64,000 bases of DNA from Tubiluchus corallicola (lineage: Eukaryota > Animalia > Priapulida): positions 96,832-160,831 of the forward strand of contig JAQGDQ010000504.1 in NCBI GenBank assembly GCA_030141605.1, given 5' to 3'. The translations under genes and the position numbers were made by a program. Positions 1 to 13,171 of this stretch are shown in pieces (positions within the stretch are counted from its first letter, which is position 1; each line of letters begins with the position of its first letter). The notes under the pieces are model-generated. The model worked only from the letters and a program-made list of their open reading frames with translations. It made no database searches and was not told the DNA's origin.

Positions 1-1339
1 AACACAACGTGGAGTAGCCGTCTTGTGAAATACTGGTTAATTAGCTTAGTGCTGATAAGGGAATTATGCACCTAATATTATACTGGACAGTTAAAACTAC
101 AAATAGCCGCTGGTTATAACTTGACCTTGACTCAAACGGATTTCAGTCATTAATCGACATCAGTTCGGTACTGAAGCTTAGCTACGCAACTCTTGTTGTC
201 TTACAACGCATATTCCTTGTTCAAAACCTCAACATTCACTTTCATACAGTCACTTGTAACAAGACGTGAATCTTAATTTAATCACCGTAATCGGTTTCTT
301 ATCAGAGATCATTGTTTCTACATTGTTATGGCTGTTTTTCAGCAGAAATTCACCATGCTTTATCTTGGCTAGCATTATAACAGGTTGATTTGTTACGTAA
401 AATGGACTTTTGGCACAGCAGATACGTTGGCGGATGGCGGTATTCCGCATATTTAATACATAGTGGAAATCGGGGGACGGTAATAGTTGGTGTTATGGCG
501 AGGCTGGCGTTATAATCGGGTTAATTTATTACATGTAAAATGGACTTTTGGCACAGCAGTTGGTGGATGGTGGTATTCCGCATATTTGATACATTGTAGA
601 AATCGGGACAGGGCAATAGTTGGTGTTATGGCAAGGCTGACGTTATAATGGGGGGGGGGGGGGGAATGACGTTTGACTGTGTCAAATATTTATGTCACTT
701 ACGATGCATTGTGTGTGCGCATATTGGACAGAAAATATTACAGTTAATTGGAACTGAACTAAGTTAAGTTCCCTTTGGTGCAATGAAATTGGGAATGGAA
801 CTGAACTGGTCACATTTCTAAAAAAGGTTAGACGAGCTACAGACCCTGCCGTTGAACGAATTCTGACTGAATGCAAGATGTAACTAGGTGTAGCCAGACA
901 TAACTAGAAATGACTGCTGTCTTGAGTCCTGGACCTTTTAACGGAAGTCGTCTTAACGTACTGCACATTTCATTTTTATTTAATGTACTTGTTCTGCATA
1001 TTGTACAAGTACAACATCTATGAGAAATTTTAAAAATTAGAAAAAAAATTAAAAAGCAAAGAACTGAACGGGTTTCTTCTCTAAAAAAAGTTAGACGAAC
1101 TAGGAACTTCTACCAGTTCCTTTTCTTCACAGAAAAGCGGGATGTTGAACCAGTTCCTAAAATTCGGGAACTTTCCCAACCCCGCAATTCTGCGCCATTG
1201 AGTAAATCAGAACTATTGTAAAATTGCGCTTTGTGATAATTAGAAGCATTTTTGTTATGCAAAAAGAGCAAAAAAATAAACGATGAAATGATTCGATGTC
1301 GTAAGAAGGTCTGCCATGTTGCTTTTTCTTTTCCAAAAG

Positions 1340-4300
1340 GTGAAGGATCTTAAGCAGTACCTCCTGGACCGTCACATCCCGTCCCAGTTCTGTACGGAGA
1401 AGACCGATCTCGTCGACTTGGTGATCAGAGCTTCTGTCAACCCTAGTCTAAATTCCCGGAGACCGGGCGTCGACCGATCGCCACGCGTGCCGTCATCGGC
1501 GGGAGACTTCACTACGGGACCAACTTCAGCACCAGTGCCGCAGGACGGAGTTGACGTTCAGGTATAAATATAGAAAATTTTCACATCCCAGTAGAAAAGC
1601 GGAACTGGTGGTTCTGAGTTGTTGAGAATATCAAAAAATTTGTCGTAGTAATTTTGTTTAGAGAGAGAGAGAGAGATTTGTGTAGCGTTTTGTGACTATT
1701 GTTCTGCATTTAATTTTGATTGGCTAACAAGAGCCTGATAGTCGCACGTGATTGGCTAACGAGAGCGTGACAGCCAGACGTGATTCGCTGACAGGAGTCT
1801 GACAGTCTCACATGATTGGCTAAGAAGAGCCTGATAGTCACATGTGATTGGCTAACGAGAGCCTGATAGCCACACATGATTGGCTAACGAGAGCGTGATA
1901 GCCAGACCTGATTGGCTAACGAGAGCCTGATAGCCACACGTGATTGGCTAACAAGAGCCTGATAGTCACACGTGATTGGCTAACAAGAGCGTGATAGCCA
2001 GATGTGATTGGCTGACAAGAGTCTGATAATCTCACGTGATTTTGTCGTAGTAATTTTGCGTAGAGAGAGATTTGTGTAGCGTTTTGTGACTATCGTTCTG
2101 CATTTAGCTTTTCTAAGTGCTAATGTTAAATTTGCACAGCACTTATTGCTGTTCAAACTATCCAGCACAAATTCAGCGTGTAAATGGCCCGTGATAAAAC
2201 TCTTCAGTGAAGAGTTTCACAGTTAAATTTTCTGGTAAAGAATTCCATATATAAGAGGCCAAAGAGAAAAAATTGCAGTAAATAGCTTTGCAGGTAAGAG
2301 GCCCAATAGAAAAAATTTTCTAGTAAGAAATTCCACATCAAAGACGCCCAAAGGAAGAAATTTTTAGAAAGTCTATGTATAATCTGGCTTGCGAGTAGTG
2401 GTCAGCTTCAAACGTATTCAATTCGAATCAGTTTTTTAGTTAAAATTCTGAAACGTCATGCAATCAGTATGATTTCTGTGCAGAATTTTTAAGCAAATTG
2501 CTAGTGTTTTTACTGCAGAACAAACTCAAGCAATATGCATCACCTTTGCGAGACCGCTTTTTAAACTCGTTACAACCGAATTCGAATTTGCTTTTTGGTA
2601 TACTTGCGAGTGGCTTACATATTAAAAAAGATCCTTAAAATATGGCTGTTATAATTTTGTTCTGTTTCTCTCTGTACTTTAGATACTTACGGAAATCAAT
2701 TGTTCCACTACTAGCGACTCTCCTTCACCACATGATGACGCGAACGCCAGAGAAGAAACCAATGCCGATGACCAAATACGCGAATCTACATCACGTGAGG
2801 ACAGTATTAACGACCATGTGCCAACGCTAGACGGTGCGAGAGAGCACGCTAAAGTAGATAGCGGTACCGCAGCGGGTGATGCGGATAGCGAAACTAATAC
2901 TACCTTTAGTGATAGGAACGACGCCGAAACGGTGAACGTCGACGCGTCCACACGGGAGGAGCACACGTCTCCAGAAACTGATGCAAGCGCAGTTGAAAAC
3001 GCGGCAACGGAGCCGATGGAATGGGAAGCGACGGCGACACAAGACGACTTTAGTAATGAACAGGTGAGTTTCAATAATATCTCGCAATCAAAATGGTGTA
3101 GAGAATAATAGATACACAGTATTTTACCTGTGAAATCATTTACAACTCTTTCCCATGTTTATTTAGTACTAGTCTGAAAGCCACACGTGATTGGCTAATG
3201 ACAGCGTGATTGCCGCATGTGATTGGCTAATGACAGCCTGATTGCTACATGTGATTGGCTAACGAGAGTCTGATAGCCACACGTGATTGGCTAACAAGAG
3301 TCTGATAGTCACATGTGATTGGCTAACGCGAGTCTTATAGCCAAACATGATTGCCTGACGAGAGCCTGATGGTCACACATGATTGGCTAACGAGAGTGTG
3401 ATAGCCACACATGATTGGCTAACTAGAGCGTGATAGTCACACATGATTGGCTAACGAGAACGTGATAACCACACATGATTGGCTAACGAGAGCCTGATGG
3501 TAACACGTGATTGGCTACTGAGAGTCCAATAGTCACACGTGATTGGCTAATGAGACCTAACACTGCTAAAATTCAGCCCCGGCAAACTGACAAACAAAGA
3601 TAAAGAGAGAAATAGGTGAGCGACAGAGAGAGATGGAGGGAGAGAGAGAGAGAAGAGAGAGAGAGGGGGGAGATGGAGGGAGAAAGAGAGAGTGAGGGAG
3701 GAGAGAGATGGAGGCAGAGAGAGGAGAGAGAGAGAGAGAGAGAGAGAGGGGGGAGAGGGAGGGAAAGAGAGAGAGAGGAGAGAAAGAAGAGACAGGGAGA
3801 GAGAGAGAGAGAGAGAAAGGGAGAGAGATGGAGGAAGAGAGAGGGGGGAGAGAGATGGAGGGAGAGAGAGAGGGGGATGGAAAGAGAGAGAAAAGAAAGA
3901 GAGAGAGTGAGATGGAGGGAGAAACAGAAAGAGAGGGGGGAGAGAGATGGGGGCAGAGACAGAGAGAGAGAGAGAGAGAGGGGAGAGATGGAGGAAGAGA
4001 GAGGGGGAGGGAAAGAGAGAGAAGAGAAAGAGAGAGGGGGAGAGGGAGGGAGAAAGAGAGAGAGGGGGAGATGGAGGGAGAAAGAGAGAGAGAGTGAGAG
4101 AGATGGAGGAAGAGAGAGAGAAAAGAAAGAGAAAGATGGAAGGAGACAGATAGGGAAAGAGAGATAGAGAGACAAACTCTAACAGTAACACAATGAATCC
4201 TGCACTCAGCAATGCAGTTGCTGTTTGTAACTGATTTAACGGAAGGAAATTTAAACTGACTAATTATTTACACATTTGCCATGCGTCTGACACGACTGTT

Positions 4301-7300
4301 CATCCTCACTGCAGATTTAGTTTTTCAACTTCAACGTGGATCAGCTTAGAAGTAACGTAGAGCAGTGGGCTTGGTCCTCATAGCTAGAAAAGCTTAACTG
4401 TCAACTTACCGACGTTTTTGCTATGCAAGCACACAAATCATAACTTAATTGGCAAAATCAACACCTGTTTCTTATTCACACAATCATAACTGAATTAATG
4501 GTTCAGTTGTGATCATGCCACTTACCAATTACATGACAAATTATAACATTAATGCTTCTGCGGATTTTTCCATTATTTATTTCATTAATATTCATTAAGG
4601 TTTTAATAACACAACATGATGATTTAACACTGAATTGGTGCACAATGGAGTGCAGTTCTTACACCATCATTCCGATGAGAAATGATACCATCGCTTTATC
4701 GAACGGAGTTTCAAAGACGAAAAATGAGAAAATTATTCAGATAAAATAGCTTGTTATTAATACGAATTTGTTGTAAATGCGGAAGTCGGGCAAATGTGCT
4801 GCGCACCGATTTCTCCTGATTAACGATCACCGAATCGCGTTTATCCAATAAATTATTTAAATTGAAGCCGTGAATTTCAGACAACGTGATTATTTATAGT
4901 TTCAACCTTGCAAAAGATGACAGACGGCATGTAATGATGGTTCACCCACTGAAATAAATTAGTATAACAGAATCTGACGAATAGTATTACATATCTTATA
5001 CATCATATTTGGCTTGAAATTTTTAATTTCATATTTCAAAGGAACTTAACGTAATATATCCGTTTAAATGTAAAAGTGCAATTTATGTTCTCTGTGAGGC
5101 CTAAGGAAGCCAAGGTTTACATAAGGCCACATTTACATTGGCTTCTTTAGGTCCATCGTTACACGAGATTTGCAAGCAATAGCATTGAGCGTCGAATGTT
5201 CGAATTCGATTCGAACGAGTTTTTTTAGTTCAAATTTGATTTGAACCTGAAATTACAGACTCAAATAATTTGGCACTTCAATTGCATACCGTCCGTATTA
5301 TTAAAACGTTTGAAACAGCGCACAATCGGCAAAATTTAGCTGCAATTTCTGTGCAGAATTTTTCAACAAGTTATTAGTACATTTACTGCAGAACAATCAA
5401 ACAGTGAGACTGATTTTTATTAGTAATTGGAAAATTAATTCAAAAATCTTTAAAACTGAATTCAGATTCAAGAAATTCAAAACTCGAAAAAGTCGCAAAT
5501 TCAATTCGATTTACTTTGTGGTGATTTACTACCTTATGAGTTTGTTAATCCATTGTACAAGCTATTAGTAGGAATTGCTTGCTTTCACTTGCATTAGTTA
5601 CCTGTACTGCTACATGAGAACAGCTGGCAGTACAATTCTGTGAGGCTAATACCAGGGATGATAATTTTGCGCGGATATGCGGAATTCCGAGTTTTTGGAA
5701 GACCAGTAGTGCCATTTTTTGTAAATCGCGTAAATTTGTTGAGAAAATTTTTACAGGCCCAGTACATTATGTCACAAGCTGACCGCTAGTTGGCAGGCCA
5801 TCACTTTGTTTACATCGCGTATATCAGTGTAACCACGTGTATATCTCTATGTATAAAAATATAGAATCAATTGTGCGGAGTCATTTGAGTCAATTGCAGA
5901 CAGTTTTTATATACTTTTGCATAGGAGCGGCCAGTACTTAGACATTTTTGAGACAATTAGGTATCATGTATCCTTGATAGTTGGGTATTTAAATTATGCA
6001 TGAAACAAGGTAATTGATATTTTAAGTCCACTTAGAGGCTCTCTATGGTCACAAAAATACAATTTCTTGCTTACTCCAAGGGGGCTTTGCCCCTCAACCC
6101 CATTGGGGGCCTAGGTGGCCGCAAACCCCCCGGCCTGTTTCAGAGTTTTTTGCAATTTGTCATTCTGATCCCTGCATACGTCTTCCCGCTTCTATCTGGC
6201 AAACCGAGATACGAGTTTACTACTATTTAAAGCTCTTTTCATGTTTGGTACAAGTGAATAAACCTTGTGATTTGTTTTACACGTATTTTCAAGCAATTCT
6301 TTTTTTCTTAATTGCATCGAGTGCAAATTTCAACAAATAATATCTTTCAATATGGCTTCATACAATAACATATGAATCTGTTGCAGACGACCGATGTACC
6401 GGTGCCGCCATCTACCAGAACGAAAACGTACTACTCTCTAGACGAAGTGGAATCGCTGGAAGCTATTGATCGGTTGTCGATACGTCAATTGAAGGAGATT
6501 CTAGCTCATAATTTTGTCATCTATAAAGGTTGCGTGGAAAAGTGGGAATTACAGGAACGAGTTAGGAGGCTGTTCAACGAAGCAGCTGCCGCTAAAGAAA
6601 AATGTAAGTTTATTTATGTGTGTCAAGGGGGGGGCGAGCGATCCGTAGTTGCAAGGTTTTGGGTTCAAGATCTGGTTTTATCGCACAAATTTTCAGCACC
6701 TCCTCCATTATTTATCCGTCAGTCTTAAAGGACAAGAAGCGCGGGGTACCTGAAGTAGGTTTCAGAAAAGTCACCTTAAAAAATTATATTTCTTTACAGC
6801 AATTTTATGCATATATCGTACTCGTATTAAAAGAAATTTTCATTTTAAATCTCCCGCAATACTGTTCCGGCGCCGCCATTACATGACGTCACTACGCCAC
6901 GTAAATCACCGGAAGAAAAGGAAATGTTAAATTATGTCCCAAAAAACTTTGCATACAAATCAACGTTACTTAACATTTCGCTTACTGCTAGAAAGACTTA
7001 TGTAACTAGAAAAGAAAATTATTAATTATTTAAAATGTTTTCACCAATTGGTAAAATGTCGCTGACTCACCCTCCAGGGTGCGCCACTCACTAACCAAAA
7101 AACGTATTTTTAATCTTATTGTTAAGATGCAGTAATTTAAAATTTTATCTAGTTACTAATGTGTGCGCTACGAATTCTCTGATTATTTTTTCAAATAATT
7201 TACTTAATATTATCTAAACTTGTTTCAAATGACTTATCGTCAAAATGGCTGCGTCTAACGGTCATCGCTGGAGTTTAAATTTACATGTTTTATACAGCGT

Positions 7301-8007
7301 TACTGCCGACGCAAGCCCTGCATGCAAAAAGGTAGTACATAAGTGGTATAAAATTTCAAGACGAATTTTTCAGTTTTATGTAAGCGGAGAGTTTTCTTGT
7401 GCTTACCATCTCTCGGTCTTCATGACGGTAACATTTACCTGTGACATTGTAGCCTATCACAACTTACGCAAGCTAATTTTTTATCGGTGAAGAAAGTTCC
7501 GAACATCAGAAAATCCTGTTTAAATCACACAGAAGTTGAGTTCTGTTAAAATGCTGCCATCTAGTGGCCAATTTTAAATTTTTTAATACTTAATTGTGAA
7601 TTTGTAGCTATAATTCGATTTAGAGAGTAAATTATCCACATTAAAACAATCATTTGCCTTGAAACATCATGTTTTAAAACCTTAAAAGGGACCCGTATCA
7701 TTTTTCAGACCTGCACACAGTTCCGCACTTCCCGCACATGGTTCCGCACTTCCCGCACGTTGCGACTAGTATTTTTGTTTCTCATGACTTGTGTTTGTTT
7801 CCAGTGAGTTCTGCGGAACTGGGCAAGAGTTCAAGTACCAAAGACCCCGAGGACGGTTTATGTAAGATTTGCATGGACGCCGTCGTCGACTGCGTCCTAC
7901 TGGACTGCGGTCACATGCTGACCTGCACCAACTGCGGCAAGCAGCTGAACGAGTGCCCGATCTGTCGACAGTACGTCGTCCGCGTCGTTCACGTGTTTCG
8001 CTCATGA
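1340..8007 (+). CDS. RNF34: RNF34/RFFL (CARP)-like E3 ubiquitin ligase, 3' part; exons 1340-1561, 2683-3063, 6387-6603, 7805-8007; the 5' FYVE-like exons are not seen and probably lie upstream of the window
   Basis: All four exons have AG/GT boundaries with matching phases (0,0,1) and give 340 aa plus [29 protein letters not shown] and [34 protein letters not shown] match the two helical SAP-like segments of RNF34/RFFL. The C-terminus is an IAP-type RING: [48 protein letters not shown]. Confidence 0.93.
1717..2040. repeat. 32-bp minisatellite, ~10 units (GATTGGCTAACGAGAGCCTGATAGCCACACGT)
   Basis: ATTGG recurs every 32 nt. The array is flanked by a ~70-bp direct duplication (1640-1715 and 2040-2106). 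Confidence 0.92.
3183..3550. repeat. Second array of the same 32-bp minisatellite, ~12 units
   Basis: Same unit and orientation as 1717-2040. Confidence 0.92.
3600..4173. repeat. Polypurine (GA-rich) low-complexity tract
   Basis: ~570 nt of almost only G/A on the + strand. Confidence 0.95.
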
Positions 8008-8519
8008 GCGCGCTACGACGTTGAGTTTCCAGTGTTTGGCTGTATTTTCCGCTACGTGTATATGCTACTCATCGTTACAATTTCAAAACCAAGTTTACTA
8101 TCGTATTTCCGAATGTAAAAATTGTTTACCATTTGACTTACATATCCACATTTGGACTTACGTTGTCATTTATGTATAATTTAGTTTTTTATTGTGATTT
8201 AATGTTATTATTCTAGGCAATTATGAAGTTGGATTATCACTAATTTATGTTCGTTATTTTAACCGTGAAATTTGATCTGAGTAAACCAGCGGACGGCGGC
8301 CATCTTTAGTTGCGTTTTCCGCGCATTTGTCACGTGCTGCCATCTTTAGTTTGTTGTTGTCAACATCTGTTGTGCGCTGGAACGTGACATGAATTAGCGA
8401 AAATATATTTGTGTGTTCGATTTATTTCAATTAGCTGACGAATTCGTTTGATGTATGTATTGTCAGGCATAGTGAAGCTGCTGATACTTTAGCCGTGAAA
8501 CTTATGTATCCGTCCAAGT

Positions 8520-8965
8520 TGAACAATAGATGTCACCACCATGCAGTAATTTTTTAAAGGTCTTCACTGGTTATTTGCAAAATTCATGTAGATGAGTGTT
8601 TTGCTGAACAACAGATGTCACCACCATGCAGTAATTTTTTACAGGTCTTCACTAGTTATTTGCAAAATTCATGTTGATGAGTATGTAGTTGAACAATAGA
8701 TGTCACCACCATGCAGTAATTTTCTAAAGGTCTTCACTGGTTATTTGCAAAATCCATGCAGATGAGTGTGTAGCTGAACAATAGATGTCACCACCATGCA
8801 GTAATTTTGTAAAGGTCTTCACTGGTTATTTGCAAAATCCATATAGATGAGTGTGTAGCTGAACAATAGATGTCACCACCATGCAGTAATTTTTTAAAGG
8901 TCTTCACTGGTTATTACAATAGATGTCACCACCATGCAGTAATTTTCTAAAGGTCTTCACTGGTC
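8520..8965. repeat. 85-bp tandem repeat, ~5 units
   Basis: GAACAA(T/C)AGATGTCACCACCATGCAG recurs at 8521, 8606, 8691, 8776 and 8861. A partial inverted copy is at ~9020-9050. Confidence 0.92.
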
Positions 8966-9116
8966 AAGAAAAGGGGATCGAATTTCTATGTAAGGTGTGA
9001 TTTTTCTTATGTCATGTGACTACTGCATGGTGGCGACATCTGTTGTTAACCAATACACTTATTTAGATGATACAAAAAACTATTTTGTGTGAAGGTCAAA
9101 GAATCAAAGGTCAGTT

Positions 9117-9530
9117 CAGGGTTCCCAAAGAATTTTAAAATAAATTTCCCTGATGAAATATTGATTTTCCATGACCAAGATAAGCAGAAATTGCATTACC
9201 ACTAAACATATTCAAACATTTCTGTGTATGAACATTCATACATGTACTGATATATAGTGTCGGCCAATCATTATTTTTGGAACAGAAATTGAAACTGTGA
9301 ACCTGTCGTAGCAAAATTTTATTTGTTGAACACGAATCGCTGAAAAATATGTTTGAAAAAATATCAGTTCACTGTGATTATTTTTACAACCCTTTTCCAT
9401 TTCCCTGACTTTTCGCCCCATTTTCATCGTTTTTCCTGACTTTTTACCAAATTATCCTTTCCCTGACTTTTCCATGATTTTCCAGGATAGCCTGTATTCT
9501 CAAGGATTTTCCCTGACCATGGAAACCATC
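9117..9530. mobile_element. hAT-like MITE (CAGGGTTCCC termini), copy 1
   Basis: Colinear with 12113-12539; the right TIR is degenerate. Confidence 0.7.
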
Positions 9531-9554
9531 ATCCTTCATTTGACTTATCAGTAC

Positions 9555-9925
9555 CAGGGGTGAGCATTCTCTATCAAAAGGTGAATGCGAAATGATTTTT
9601 TGACTTTCGAATCCAAATTGAAATCGAAGCGGGTTTTAAAGATTTTCGAATTAACTTTTTAATCTTTAACAAAAGGCAGTGTCACAAGGATCTTGCATAT
9701 TGCTCGATTTTGTTCTGCAGTAAAAACACTAATAATTTGCTAGAAATTCTGCACAGAAATCACAGCTAAATTATGCTGATGGCACGATGTTTCAAACGTT
9801 TTAATGATAAAGAACGTATGTGGCTGAAGTGCTGAATTATTCAAATCCGTAATTCTAGGTTCGAATTACTCAAATTAAGAAGTCTTCTTTTCTAATCGAA
9901 TTCAAACGTTCGATGCTCACCCCTG
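9555..9925. mobile_element. hAT-like MITE; inverted partial copies at ~5180-5510 and ~2410-2600
   Basis: 13-bp TIR CAGGGGTGAGCAT...ATGCTCACCCCTG. Degenerate 8-bp TSD atcagtac/attattac. Confidence 0.8.
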
Positions 9926-10295
9926 ATTATTACGCCAGTTTGCTGTCATCAACAACGACGACGACAACAACAACAGCAGTTATCAGCTGTAGCTTTCAAC
10001 ATTGGCAAACAGCGTTTGACGACTGATATAAAATGAAAATCGCACCATCTAGTCACTTGGACGGGTGAAAGAACATCAAATTCCAAACAATCAGATAAAA
10101 TGTCAAAAACTTTCATAAAACGTGGCTATGCACATAGTAATAAAATATGAAAAATGAATACATTAAATATGTCAGTATGTAAAATATAAAAAAAATAAAT
10201 TGAACTCAATTCTCGTGCTATTGCTATACTGTATCATTTCTGATCTTACTGTAGCTGGTAGCTAAACTTTCTCTTATTTTACTTCCACACTTCAA

Positions 10296-11027
10296 CTCTT
10301 TCAGGACCGTAAGCGTTTGCTGCAATTTGCATGGCTTCATGAAAAACTGCTCTCACTAAGCAGCGATTATGTTATGTTTAATAACTTTTGTAGGTTTCTA
10401 CTCCTTCAATTAATGGATTTTCATGCAAAATTATACTTGAAATGCATTTGTTTACCTTGGACAAATTAAAAATTGATTTTTGATGAATAAATTCTAAAAA
10501 ACATTTGAGTAACTGCAGTGTTTGCACTGTAACAATGTACAGTATCACTTGTGTGAAATCAGTTAATGCAGAAAATTTCAACTATCCAGACACAACACTT
10601 TGATAAACTTTGACCTCAAGTCTACTCTATTTTTAATGAGAAATTCCTGTTAAAAGACAAAACGGCCTTAATTTCTGCTTGACTGATCGGTTGGTTTTTC
10701 CTGGAATAGCAGCAGAACGCTGCACAATTTAGGATGTAGCAATCAGGCCATCAATAAAATAGTGTGTACGATCACACAAGTGTACACCAGACTAAGCTAC
10801 TCAATAGGCTAAGTTGGAGTGCCTGAAAAGGGTGCGTTTTTCTTAATTTTACCTAATAATTAAATCACTTATAAATGTGTAAACAAACAGCACGCTTGGA
10901 TAGCCGAGATTCTCCTGAATAGAACAGTATGTAATTTGTAATCATTTAGTTATGTCTGTGCTGATACAGTAGCAGAAAACTCAAGGGTCTTATAAGATTT
11001 ATTTTAAATGGTGAGATCCTGAAAGAG
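10296..11027. mobile_element. piggyBac-like non-autonomous element; inverted partial copy at ~50930-51400
   Basis: tcaa|CTCTTTCAGGA...TCCTGAAAGAG|ttaa: 11-bp TIR with a TTAA-type TSD. Confidence 0.7.
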
Positions 11028-11310
11028 TTAATATCGGAAGCACATATAACAGCACGTTATCTATGAGTAAATTATTCAAGCTATATGAAATGGTAATCTT
11101 AATGCTTACACTTCCAATGAGTAATTGCTGCTTTCCTAAATTTAAGAACCGAAAGTTTTGCCTCTTAGAATCTTAAACATAACAGTTTTAAAGCTTCAGT
11201 TCACATCTTACCTGAAACACTAACAGTTCTAGAATATTTATTAGTACGAAATTCTGAATGTATCGTAATTTGCAGTTTTGGAAATTTTACTCGTATGGTG
11301 GTCAGTACTA

Positions 11311-11794
11311 CAGTAAACTACGTATAATTCGACCCGTAATAACTCGAATTCTTCCGTATCTCGAACAGATCTCGTGGAACAGATTTTCACTTTCAAATTT
11401 CTCTTTACCGAACGTCGCGTTACTTGAAATCTGTAACTCGAATTATCTAGTAACTCAAACCGAATTCCAGGTACAATTTATAAGAATCTAACTGAAATTA
11501 GCGCGCCAATTTGAACTCGAGTCTACAACATCCTCGCTAGCGATAAATCCTACGCAATTTGAACTGCTCGTTTTAGCAAAAATGCTAAGATTTCTTGTAT
11601 TACCTTAGCAAAATGCTTCACACAACGTGGCTTAACAAAAGTGCTTTAATAACTAGATCATAATATTATCACTGGTCTAACTCGTGATGAGTGACTCAAT
11701 CTTGTTTTCTTGCAAACATTGTCTAACTCGTACCCTCGCATAACTAGAACACGTTATCCGGCCCCGATGTGTTTGAGTCATACGTAGTTTCCTG
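11311..11794. mobile_element. pogo/Tigger-like MITE
   Basis: ta|CAGTAAACTACGTATAATTC...GAGTCATACGTAGTTTCCTG|ta: imperfect TIRs with TA TSD. Confidence 0.8.
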
Positions 11795-12112
11795 TAATTT
11801 CAAAGCAAGGCTTTGTCTGAAAACTCACACTAAAATTTTACCCCCACTGTCAGCCCCAAGCCACGTTTTCAAATGTCTAACACGTGCAGTTCACTTCAAG
11901 ATAACAACTTAACTTAAGAAAATTAAAGTAAATATGACAAGTAATTGATAATACTGCCCAAGTGTTAACTCTTTGGTAACAATCGTTTAAAACTCGAAAA
12001 GAATCACAGATTAATGAGATCGTATCGGAAAAATCAGACGACATTCATTCCCAAACAGATAATTACGTAATTACATACAGTGCAGCAAGTATTAAACATT
12101 GATATGAAAATT

Positions 12113-12539
12113 CGGGGTTCCCACAGAATTTTGAAATAAATTTCCCGGACTTTTCCCCCCGACCAAATATTGATTTTCCATGACCAAGATAAGCAGAAAC
12201 TGCATTACCAGTACACACATTCAAACATTTTTGTGTATGGACATTCATACATGTACTGATATATAATGTGTCGGCCAATCATTATTTTTGGAACAGAAAT
12301 CGAAACTGGGAACCTGTCATAGCGAAATTTTTATTTGAACACGAAACGCTGAAAAATATGTTTGGAAAAATATCTGTTCCTGGTGATTATTTTTGCAACC
12401 CTTTTCAATATTCCTGACTTTTTGCCCCAGTTTCATTATTTTCCCTAAATTTTTACCAAATTATCCTTTTCTCTGATTTTTAATGAGTTTCCAGGATAGC
12501 CTGTATTTTCCAGGATTTTCCCTGACCGTGGGAACCCTG
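12113..12539. mobile_element. hAT-like MITE (CAGGGTTCCC termini), copy 2
   Basis: TIR CGGGGTTCCCAC...GTGGGAACCCTG with subterminal TTTTCCCTGAC motifs. A second copy is at 9117. Confidence 0.78.
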
Positions 12540-13171
12540 TATGATAAAAACTTGTGTAATCGTGTAATTTGCAGCTCTGAAGCTTCTCAGATGTGTTTCC
12601 TCCACAGCTGATGGTCTTGTGTCCTCCGTAATGAAGACACCCAAGTGGCAACAACCTGTTAAAGGAAAACATCATTAATTTCTTTATTATCCTGCATTTT
12701 AACACCTACGCCGAACTGGTGTTGACATCACAAACTAACAATTTTCAACAGCACAAACATTTCACGAGCATGTTGTGCGCGTGTTTGTAAAATCCAATAT
12801 ATACATATAATATAGGAACAGCTTAATCTAGTTTTCTTATTTCTGATGTTTCTGATTCTTGATTAAACATACGTTAAAAACTTAATTAATGGCAGGAGAA
12901 TCAAACTGGTGTTCACATCACAAACTAACATAATTTTCAACAGCACAAACATTCCACGAGCATGTTGCGCGTGTTTGTGAAATCTAATATATACATATAA
13001 TATATCAACAGCTTAATCTAGTTTTCTTATTAAAGCTTGCAAATGTTAACTCAATTGTGTATTGTGATACATATCGTATCGTGAGGTTAGAATCGCGATA
13101 TGTATGGTATCGTGACTTAGGTGTATCGTTGCAGCCTTAATTCGTAACATCAGGTTTATCATACCTCTTTT

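Noticed and set aside
3547-4212. ORFs rich in R/E/G or S/L/P
   Set aside because: Translations of the GA tract, open in several frames on both strands.
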